Part shown: positions 26,101 through 32,000 of the stretch, piece by piece
Layout: each line of letters begins with the position of its first letter
Numbering within the stretch: position 1 is the first letter of the stretch
Assembly (NCBI GenBank): GCA_934660865.1
Contig: CAKUIA010000001.1
Coordinates: 173,226 to 205,225 of the forward strand
DNA length: 32,000 nucleotides
Source: an uncultured Opitutales bacterium
GTDB lineage: Bacteria > Verrucomicrobiota > Verrucomicrobiia > Opitutales > Intestinicryptomonadaceae
Direction: 5' to 3'
The notes under the pieces: generated by a model
What the model was told of the DNA's origin: nothing
What the model saw: the letters and a program-made list of their open reading frames with translations, nothing else
Databases searched by the model: none
Made by a program: the position numbers and the translations under genes

Positions 26101-27653
26101 ACCTGGGCAAACAGCTGCTTAAAGTAGTCGTACAAAAGCTGCGGCTTTTCGGAAAGCACGGGCAAAGCCGCGTCGTTGCCCATCGAGCCTATGGGCTCTT
26201 TTGCGTCTACGGCCATGGGCTTTAAAATCAAATCCAAATCCTCTTTTGTATAGCCGAAAAGTTTTTGCCTTTGAATAAGGTTTTCGCCTATGGACGGAGC
26301 TTCGGAATTTTCGAATATGCCGGGCAGCTCTATTCTGTTTTCCTGAACCCAGCGGCGGTAGGGCTTGGCTCGGGCAAGCACCGTTTTAATTTCGGTGTCG
26401 TGCATTACCCTACCCTTTTCGGCGTCTATATAAACCATTTCGCCGGGGCGCAAACGTCCCTTTAAGGCTATGTCGTTTTCGGGCAAATCCAAAACGCCCG
26501 TTTCGCTTGCCAAAACAAACAAGCCGCTTTTCGTTATCGTATAGCGGGCGGGTCTTAAACCGTTGCGGTCTAGCAAAGCGCCCGACTGCGTGCCGTTGGT
26601 AAATACCAAGGCCGCGGGGCCGTCCCACGGTTCGCTTACGCCCGAATGGTATTCAAAAAAGCCCTGAATGTCTTTGCTGATATGGAAAGACTTGCCCCAC
26701 GCCTGGGGAACAAGCATAAGCATTGTATGCGGTAGCTTGCGCCCAGCCTGGCAATAAAATTCGACGGCGTTGTCCAAACAGGCCGAGTCGCTCTGGTTGG
26801 GGCTAATTACGGGCAAAAGCTTCTTTATATTGTCGCCGAAAAGCGGGGTTGAAAAATGCTCTTGGCGCATATTCATTTGGTTGATATTGCCGCGCAAGGT
26901 GTTTATTTCGCCGTTGTGGGCCAAATATCTGAAAGGCTGCGCCAAAGGCCATGTCGGGAAAGTGTTTGTAGAATACCTTTGATGTATAAGCGAAATTGCG
27001 CTTACATAAGTTTCGTCGCTTAAGTCGGGGTAAAACTGCTTTAGCTGGGGAGCGTTTAAAAGCCCCTTGTATACAACCGTTTTTGCCGAAAGCGAGCAAA
27101 TGTAAAAAGATTCAATATTTTCGGCCGCAATTTTGTTTTCTATTACCCTGCGCAATATATACAGGCTGCGCTCCATTTCCTCTGCGCTTAAGCCGCTTTT
27201 TGCTATGAACAACTGCTCTATGTTCGGGCAACTGTTAAGGGCTATGCCGCTTATTGCAGACTTGTCGACGGGAACCGTTCTTTCGGCTACGAACGAAAAC
27301 CCTTCGCTTGCCAGACAGCCCTTGAAAATTTCCACACACTTTTTTACCGAAGATTCGTCTTGGGGCAAAAACAGCATTGCAACTGCATATTCGCCAAGCT
27401 TGGGCAGCTTTTCGCCCAATACCTTTCTAAAAAACGCGTCGGGGATTTGGGTTAGAATGCCAGCGCCGTCGCCCGTGTGCGAATCTCCGCCAACTGCGCC
27501 CCTGTGTAGGAGTCTTTCCAAAACTTTAATGCCGTCCAAAACAATTTGGTGGCTTGCGCGGCCCTTAATGTCGCTGATAAGGCCAACACCGCAAGCGTCG
27601 TGTTCGTTTTTGGGACTATACATTCCCTGTTCTTTTGGATAATACATCTGCAT
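23187..27653 (-). CDS. gltB: Glutamate synthase large (alpha) subunit
   Basis: 1488 aa. It has a class-II amidotransferase N-terminus with a propeptide then Cys (NEHDACGVGLISD), a central domain, an FMN/3Fe-4S domain (RRVCHKNCCPVGVATQD) and a C-terminal GXGXG beta-helix domain. No small-subunit (gltD) gene is adjacent. Confidence 0.95.
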   Translation of the reverse strand: MQMYYPKEQGMYSPKNEHDACGVGLISDIKGRASHQIVLDGIKVLERLLHRGAVGGDSHTGDGAGILTQIPDAFFRKVLGEKLPKLGEYAVAMLFLPQDESSVKKCVEIFKGCLASEGFSFVAERTVPVDKSAISGIALNSCPNIEQLFIAKSGLSAEEMERSLYILRRVIENKIAAENIESFYICSLSAKTVVYKGLLNAPQLKQFYPDLSDETYVSAISLIHQRYSTNTFPTWPLAQPFRYLAHNGEINTLRGNINQMNMRQEHFSTPLFGDNIKKLLPVISPNQSDSACLDNAVEFYCQAGRKLPHTMLMLVPQAWGKSFHISKDIQGFFEYHSGVSEPWDGPAALVFTNGTQSGALLDRNGLRPARYTITKSGLFVLASETGVLDLPENDIALKGRLRPGEMVYIDAEKGRVMHDTEIKTVLARAKPYRRWVQENRIELPGIFENSEAPSIGENLIQRQKLFGYTKEDLDLILKPMAVDAKEPIGSMGNDAALPVLSEKPQLLYDYFKQLFAQVTNPPIDPIRESLVMSLTTYIGNCGNSLVESPSLAHLLKLPCPILTNHDISCMRSSKLPTFQSVTIKAQFSAEGGVEALKRAMEKICDDAENAVRDSKTVIILSDKNLDYGYAPIPMLLAVAAVNTRLVKCSLRYAAGIVAETGESREIMHFALLLGYGATAINPYLAIETVAEMVKDGQIDNIDAARAAENYITAIKKGLLKIMSKMGISTLRSYRQAQIFEAIGLSQEFVDTYFSGTSSRIGGIGINEVATEILERYRNTHYPKFGEENVLENAGKYKYAKDGENHLWTPASISLLQRSVRNNDEKLYRQYADFVNNQARRLCTLRGLFKFKTAATPLPLSEVESTESIVKRFVSGAMSFGALSPEAHQTIAVAMNRLGAMSNCGEGGEDESRFNTESSSAIKQIASGRFGVTAAYLANAKELQIKVAQGAKPGEGGQLPGYKVNSIIAKIRHSIPGVTLISPPPHHDIYSIEDLAQLIYDLRNSNESARVSVKLVSEAGVGTVAAGVAKAKADMVLISGHDGGTGASPLTSIKYAGAPWEIGLAETQQTLRLNGLRDKIRVQVDGQIKTGRDVVIGALLGAEEFGFATSILVAIGCVMRRVCHKNCCPVGVATQDEQLRKKFAGKPEHIENYLRFVAEETREILASLGLRSIDEAVGRSDLLDKDGALDFWKSKNLDFSKMFAQIADENSPRKSAGLAERELKDAYDKKLLGAFAESLENGSSHTESFEIHNFDRSVGAMLAGVAAKKWGDGNLPENAVNANFTGCAGQSFGAFLCHGINFTLTGEANDYIGKSLSGGNIFIKAYDAERENASKNVIAGNVIGYGATNGKIYINGLAGERLAIRNSGAVIVTEGAGDHCCEYMTGGRVVVLGPTGFNFAAGMTGGFAYVLDADGQFDRRCNLESVDLESIAENSESDAELRGIIQDYYNATNSYVAENILNNWSEFLPKFVKVFPIDYRAALAKRANS

Positions 27654-27681
27654 AATTGTAATTGTTGTTTGCTAATTATGT

Positions 27682-27697
27682 AGCAAATTGCGTGCCA
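27682..27697 (-). promoter_or_regulatory. Sigma-54 (-24/-12) promoter of gltB, activator, dapL, dapF
   Basis: The minus strand reads TGGCAC-GCAAT-TTGCT, 29-44 nt upstream of the gltB ATG (27653). Confidence 0.85.
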
Positions 27698-27771
27698 GTT
27701 TCGAAAAACATTTTTGCAATTTTACATAACTAGCTTATTATCATATTTATATCTTAGAACATATGCGGAAC

Positions 27772-27885
27772 AACTTTTTTGTAGGCATTCCCGACAAATT
27801 TGCAGACTACAAATTTGTCGCAAACAAATTTGTTGAAACTACATTTTTGTTGCAAGAAAATTCTTATTTTTGCTACAAAAAAGTT
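27772..27885. promoter_or_regulatory. Upstream activator sequence: four tandem 16-bp palindromic sites framed by a 13-bp inverted repeat
   Basis: CCGACAAATTTGCAGA (27791-27806), ACTACAAATTTGTCGC (27806-27821), CAAACAAATTTGTTGA (27821-27836) and ACTACATTTTTGTTGC (27838-27853). They are flanked by AACTTTTTTGTAG (27772-27784) and its exact reverse complement CTACAAAAAAGTT (27873-27885). Confidence 0.7.
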
Positions 27886-27913
27886 TTTTGGCGGCATTTT
27901 TTGCCCACTTTTT

Positions 27914-27934
27914 AAAAACCTTAAGCTTTTAAGG
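27914..27934 (-). terminator. Weak terminator-like hairpin after nadE
   Basis: The minus strand reads CCTTAA-AAGC-TTAAGG followed by TTTTT, 16 nt after the nadE stop. The stem is AT-rich, so read-through is plausible. Confidence 0.45.
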
Positions 27935-27949
27935 CACAAAAAAGTAGTT

Positions 27950-29590
27950 TTATTTGTCAAAAAAGCCGCGCGCGCTTACGGGAATTTTGCGGTCGGTTAA
28001 AAATGCCGTGCCTGTAAGCTTTGGCCCAAGCGGATATTGGCTGCGCTTGCCCTGTGTTTTTGCAAGTTTATTTAGAACGTCTAAAACAATTTCCCTTTTG
28101 TAGCCTTTTTCGATTATTTCCTCCGCCGACATAAAGTTTTCTATTCTAAGGCGCAAAATTGCGTCTAAAACTTCGTATTCGGGCAGGCTGTCGCTATCTT
28201 TTTGGTCGGGTCTAAGCTCGGCCGAGGGCGGTTTTGTTATTGTATTTTGCGGAATTATCTCTTTGTTGTGCAACTTATTTATGTATTTTGCAAGGGCGTA
28301 GACATCGCATTTGTACACATCGCAAATGGGGGCATACGCGCCGCAGGTGTCGCCATATAAAGTGCAATAGCCGACAGCACATTCGCTTTTATTACCAGTT
28401 GTAAGCAAAAGACTTGAAAATTTATTCGACAACGCCATAAGCAGCAAAGCCCTTGTTCTAGACTGCAGGTTTTCTTCGGTTGTATCGCGTGGCAAACCCT
28501 TAAACAAATCGGCCAACGTATTTTCGGCAGAACTTACAACTTCTTTTATTGCAATAATATCAAACTTTATACCTAAATTTTCAGCCAAAGCCTGGGCGTC
28601 TTGCACACTGCCTGTGCTTGAAAATTTAGAGGGCAAAGCCACCCCCCTTACATTTTCGCACCCTAAGGCGTCTACAGCCAAAGCGGCAACTACGGCCGAA
28701 TCTATGCCGCCGCTAAGCCCCAGCAACACGCTTTTTGCCCCGCACTTTTTAACAAAATCGCCTATTGCCATAACTATTGCAGAATATATATCCGCTATGC
28801 CAGAAAAGTCGCTACCATTTGAATTAAAGCCCGTTATGGCGTTTGTATCTATAACAAGCCCGTCTTCGGCGAATTTTTTAAGGCATACCGAAGCGTTTTT
28901 GTTTGCGTCTATATACGTCGAAGCCCCCGCAAATATTATCTCGTCGGTAGCCCCAACTAAATTGCACCACAAAACGGGAGCTTTGACTTTTTTCGAGATA
29001 TTATAAAGCATTCCGTTGCAATGCCTTACATTGTCGTTTGTCTGCGAAAACACGCTGGCCGAAATATTTATAAGCAAGTCGCAGTTTTCCATTTCGTCTA
29101 AGGGGTGCTTGCTGTACCTATAGGCGGTTTTTACTTCGTTTAAAGTCCAAATATCTTCGCAAATGGTTATGGCAATTTTTTTACCGTTAAAATCAATATA
29201 GGCACATTCGTTGCCGGACTCAAAAACGCGGGGGTCGTTCAGGGCGCCGTAATTCGGCAAAAGGCGCTTATCGTAAACAAGTTCCACCTTTTTATTTCGT
29301 ATCCAAAAAGCCGAGTTGTAAACGTGTCCGTTTTTGCCTATGCGAGGGCAGCCCACCAAAACGGGCAGTTCAAAATAGCGCATTGCACCCTGCAGGGCTT
29401 CTTCTGCGCCGCGCACAAAACTTTTATATTTTGCAAAGTCTTTTATGGGATAACCCGATACCGCGCACTCTGCAAAAACCGCAAAATCGGCTCCCTGTTT
29501 TTTTAAATTGCGCGTTGCCTGCACAATTTTGGCAACATTTAAGTCGAATGCGCCAACCTGCGCGTTAATCTGCCCTACTCCAATTTTCAT
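27950..29590 (-). CDS. nadE: Glutamine-dependent NAD+ synthetase (N-terminal CN-hydrolase/glutaminase domain plus NAD synthetase domain)
   Basis: The nitrilase-type triad context is present (FAECAVSGYP, YDKRLLPNYG, ITICEDIW), as is the ATP-PPase motif LSGGIDSAV. I prefer the start MKIGVGQIN (ATG at 29590). The tracked ORF starts 3 codons earlier (29599), but that ATG lies inside the predicted promoter-to-TSS interval. Confidence 0.9.
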   Translation of the reverse strand: MKIGVGQINAQVGAFDLNVAKIVQATRNLKKQGADFAVFAECAVSGYPIKDFAKYKSFVRGAEEALQGAMRYFELPVLVGCPRIGKNGHVYNSAFWIRNKKVELVYDKRLLPNYGALNDPRVFESGNECAYIDFNGKKIAITICEDIWTLNEVKTAYRYSKHPLDEMENCDLLINISASVFSQTNDNVRHCNGMLYNISKKVKAPVLWCNLVGATDEIIFAGASTYIDANKNASVCLKKFAEDGLVIDTNAITGFNSNGSDFSGIADIYSAIVMAIGDFVKKCGAKSVLLGLSGGIDSAVVAALAVDALGCENVRGVALPSKFSSTGSVQDAQALAENLGIKFDIIAIKEVVSSAENTLADLFKGLPRDTTEENLQSRTRALLLMALSNKFSSLLLTTGNKSECAVGYCTLYGDTCGAYAPICDVYKCDVYALAKYINKLHNKEIIPQNTITKPPSAELRPDQKDSDSLPEYEVLDAILRLRIENFMSAEEIIEKGYKREIVLDVLNKLAKTQGKRSQYPLGPKLTGTAFLTDRKIPVSARGFFDK

Positions 29591-29605
29591 AATCAACATA
29601 TTTGT

Positions 29606-29621
29606 AGCAAAAGGCGTGCCA
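29606..29621 (-). promoter_or_regulatory. Sigma-54 (-24/-12) promoter of nadE
   Basis: The minus strand reads TGGCAC-GCCTT-TTGCT. The -12 GC is only about 17 nt upstream of the ATG at 29590. Confidence 0.75.
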
Positions 29622-29729
29622 CTTTTGTATAAAAATTTCGCCGTTTATTTGCATTTATATATGTATAAATAAGTTATAAAAATGCAAATTTTGCGCAAGA
29701 CACACTACATATAGACCTGCAATAAAAAC

Positions 29730-29760
29730 AAAAAAAGCAAACTACAAAATTGTAGTTTGC
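29730..29760 (-). terminator. Terminator of the glycosyltransferase gene whose stem is a copy of the UAS palindrome
   Basis: GCAAACTACAA-AA-TTGTAGTTTGC (29737-29760; 11-bp arms) is followed on the minus strand by T7 (29730-29736). The core ACTACAAAATTGTAGT differs at 1 of 16 positions from the glnK site ACTACAAATTTGTAGT. Its centre is 128 bp upstream of the nadE -24 element. Confidence 0.7.
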
Positions 29761-29786
29761 CCTGTTTTGCGCGGGTTTTGAATTTG

Positions 29787-31001
29787 TCATTCTTTTATGC
29801 TGCTTTTTATAATTTCAAAATATTTTCTTGTCTGCAAAACTTTGTCTACGTTTATTTCGCTAAACTTTCGGGCATTTTGCCCCATTTGCCTTAAGCTGTC
29901 GCGCTCGGCATAGGCCTTTAGGAAAACATCGGCAAGCTCTTTTGCGCTGCCGTGGGCAACAGTGTAGCCCAAGTTGTTTTTCCTTATAATTTCGGCAATT
30001 TCGCTATTTTGGTCTACAATAGAAAGCAAGGGCGAACCCGCCGACATTATAGCCCAGGTTTTGGACGGCAGCGACATTCTCGAAACGCCCGATTCTATCG
30101 AAACCATTTCGACATCGCCGATACCGTAGACTTCGGACACGCGCGAAACGGGCTGCAAGGGGAAAACCGAAACGTTTTTCATTTTGTTTTTTTCGACATA
30201 TTCAAGCAGCTGCTTTTTGTAGGAGCCGTCGCCAATAAGAACAAAGTGTATGGGAGTATTTTCAACGCTCTTTATCGCCTGCAATATCATAGGCCAGCCC
30301 TGAAAATAGCCGATATCGCCCGCATACGAAATTATAAAGCGGCTTTTGTCTATATTAAGCTCGTCCATTAGGCGGTTTTCGCTGCGCGGCACGGGGCAAA
30401 CGGTTTTAGTGTCTGTCCAGTTATACACCGAAAAAACCTTGTCGGGGTTGCCGCCGTTTTCGACTATCGTGTTTTTCATATCGGCCGAAATTGTTATCAC
30501 GGCGCTTGCCGCATTATACACGCGCTTTTCCATATATCTAAAAAAGCGTATGGCCAGGTTCCTTTCGCCCAGATTTTTTATGCGAATGATTGTGTCGGGA
30601 AAAAGGTCTTGCGCGTTGTATACAACGGGGGCGAATTTTGAAAGCAAAATGCCCGCCCACCCCAAAAACGGCGGCGAAGAATATATCAAATACGCGTCGG
30701 TTTTTATCTTCTTTGCCTGCCTATACAAAGTGTAGCTTAAGCGCAAATATTTTAACATTCGCAAAAAAAGCCCGCCGCCCTCGCCGCCTTTCGAGCCGAA
30801 ACGCATTACGGTAAGGTTCTCGGAAATCTTTTCGACACTGTGCGAAATGTAATACTCGCGCTTTTCGCGCGATATTTTCCTTGAGGGGAAACCCGTTATA
30901 ACCGTAACTTTTGCGCCGTTTTCGGCAAGCTGGGTTATAAGCTCGTTTTGCAGGGGGTGGTTTTCCTTACACAAATAACCTGTTATGTAAACTATATTCA
31001 T
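29787..31001 (-). CDS. GT4-family glycosyltransferase (WcaI/WbuB-like)
   Basis: From the ATG at 31001 it reads MNIVYITGY...LAENGAKVTVITGFP, a typical GT-B N-terminus. The C-terminal donor-binding region contains LPSKTWAIMSAGSPLL. The tracked ORF has a 20-codon upstream extension (31061) that looks non-native. Confidence 0.75.
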   Translation of the reverse strand: MNIVYITGYLCKENHPLQNELITQLAENGAKVTVITGFPSRKISREKREYYISHSVEKISENLTVMRFGSKGGEGGGLFLRMLKYLRLSYTLYRQAKKIKTDAYLIYSSPPFLGWAGILLSKFAPVVYNAQDLFPDTIIRIKNLGERNLAIRFFRYMEKRVYNAASAVITISADMKNTIVENGGNPDKVFSVYNWTDTKTVCPVPRSENRLMDELNIDKSRFIISYAGDIGYFQGWPMILQAIKSVENTPIHFVLIGDGSYKKQLLEYVEKNKMKNVSVFPLQPVSRVSEVYGIGDVEMVSIESGVSRMSLPSKTWAIMSAGSPLLSIVDQNSEIAEIIRKNNLGYTVAHGSAKELADVFLKAYAERDSLRQMGQNARKFSEINVDKVLQTRKYFEIIKSSIKE

Positions 31002-31167
31002 AATGCGCAAATATGCACGCAAATGCCTGCATAAAAAATCTCCCCAAATTCTTCCAAACATAGCCCGCCGTGTCGAGATTTTTCAATTAAAACGCTTTGC
31101 CCGACAAAAAACTGTTGAATTTGCGTTAAAAAATTTGTACCGTTTTGCACACTATTAAACAAGCATT

Positions 31168-31551
31168 ATGAAAAAGTTATTATTGGTTTTATTGACAATA
31201 GCATCGTTAAGCTGCATTTCGTGCACTACACCCACAACCGACCAGGGCTACGCAATGGCCAAGGCCGGGCAATACGACACAAGTTTTTACTATGTCGGGA
31301 CAAAGGCCGAATTGCGCAAGGCCACAATTAACGCCCTTGTAATGAAAAAATGGGAGGTAAAGGATTTAGGCGACGCCATAAGCGCAAGCCTAGACCACAG
31401 GGGAATGTCGGCAAGGCTCTTCATAACATTTGCCGAGAACCAAATAAACGTAAATTCGAAAGGCTCGAACATATCGGGCAAAGCTATTGTGCCGATAAGA
31501 TACATAAACAATGTTAAGGCCGCAATCGGCAAACAACTCGGTTCTAAGTAA
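31168..31551 (+). CDS. Small putative lipoprotein, unknown function
   Basis: 127 aa. The signal peptide MKKLLLVLLTIASLSCISC has Cys residues in a lipobox-like context. I recognise no family. Confidence 0.6.
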   Translation: MKKLLLVLLTIASLSCISCTTPTTDQGYAMAKAGQYDTSFYYVGTKAELRKATINALVMKKWEVKDLGDAISASLDHRGMSARLFITFAENQINVNSKGSNISGKAIVPIRYINNVKAAIGKQLGSK

Positions 31552-31685
31552 AAACCTTTTCGATAAAACGGCGCGCAAAAAAATTTGTGCACCTTATTTT
31601 TTTAACTTTTAAGCTTTAGTTCTTGACTAAAAAGCCAGCATATAAAGAATCTTTGTTTTTAAAAATTGCGTAGAACGCAAATTTT

Positions 31686-31771
31686 GCTCGAGTGGTGAAA
31701 TTGGCAGACACGTATGATTCAGGTTCATATGCACCTCGTGCGTGGGGGTTCAAGTCCCCCCTCGAGCACCA
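31686..31771 (+). tRNA. tRNA-Leu (anticodon CAG), class II long variable arm, CCA encoded
   Basis: GCTCGAG-TG-GTG-AAATTGGCAGA-CAC-G-TATGA-TTCAGGT-TCATA-TGCACCTCGTGCGT-GGGGG-TTCAAGT-CCCCC-CTCGAGC-A-CCA. The acceptor stem is perfect and CAG occupies positions 34-36. Confidence 0.93.
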
Positions 31772-31776
31772 TTTAA

Positions 31777-31809
31777 AGCCCGCATCCCGACAAGGTTTGC
31801 GGGCTTTTT
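31777..31809 (+). terminator. Rho-independent terminator after tRNA-Leu
   Basis: AGCCCGCA (31777-31784) pairs with TGCGGGCT (31798-31805), followed by TTTTT. Confidence 0.8.
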
Positions 31810-32000
31810 GTTGGCTTAAATACTGGGCTTGCGGGCGGTTTTGCCCCTTTTTTGCGTTAAATAGCTGTTGAACATATGTTGAAAATATGGCGTATTTTTG
31901 CTTGAAAAGTCCTCACTATTTCCGGGTCAACCCCAAAGGTTGTGGAATAAGGTTTTTTTTGTAATTTGTTTTTCATAGTTTTATTCCGCATTCTACGAGT

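Noticed and set aside
27754-27960. A 68-aa ORF (minus strand) and a 66-aa ORF (plus strand) in the gltB upstream region.
   Set aside because: They are composed of the enhancer palindromes and the nadE terminator. The translation is Phe/Lys-rich and low in complexity, and nothing supports coding.
31772-32000. A genomic-island or prophage junction at tRNA-Leu. A 37-codon ORF (minus strand, ATG near 31975) and short TGTTGAA repeats lie here.
   Set aside because: There is no integrase, no repeat of the tRNA 3' end, and the window ends after 230 bp. The evidence is insufficient either way.

Overview
Chromosomal window from a diderm (Gram-negative) bacterium. It is probably an anaerobe, judging from a glycyl-radical enzyme, a type III glutamine synthetase and little or no Shine-Dalgarno signal. 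The taxon cannot be fixed from this sequence alone. I support 21 protein genes, 3 tRNAs and several intrinsic terminators; I saw no CRISPR array, transposase or integrase.

Gene order, left to right:
- tRNA-Glu
- DUF805 membrane protein
- an outer-membrane beta-barrel gene followed by metY
- lipocalin Blc
- a glycyl-radical enzyme (GRE) and its radical-SAM activase
- tRNA-Thr
- a two-gene RND efflux operon
- a divergent pair of secreted proteins (TIM barrel and beta-helix)
- a 14.4-kb block on the minus strand (15233-29621) devoted to nitrogen assimilation: nadE | gltB, GAF-sigma54 activator, dapL-like, dapF-like | glnK, amt, GS-III
- a GT4 glycosyltransferase, a small lipoprotein and tRNA-Leu

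Four things deserve a second look:
1. The GRE begins with a textbook twin-arginine (Tat) export signal, SRRNFLK, although all characterised GREs are cytoplasmic. Its catalytic loop reads GCWN rather than GCVE or CCVS.
2. The nitrogen block is driven by three nearly identical sigma-54 promoters (TGGCACG-N4-TTGCT/ATGCT). Each lies 100-185 bp downstream of copies of one 16-bp palindrome (consensus ACTACAAATTTGTAGT; 8 copies). This palindrome is the likely binding site of the NifA-architecture activator encoded inside the block.
3. The DapF-family protein in that block has Ser at both catalytic Cys positions.
4. An 11-bp perfect inverted repeat can occlude the activator's start codon.

All calls come from reading the sequence and the ORF translations by eye. 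No database search or folding program was run, and coordinates of small elements were counted by hand.
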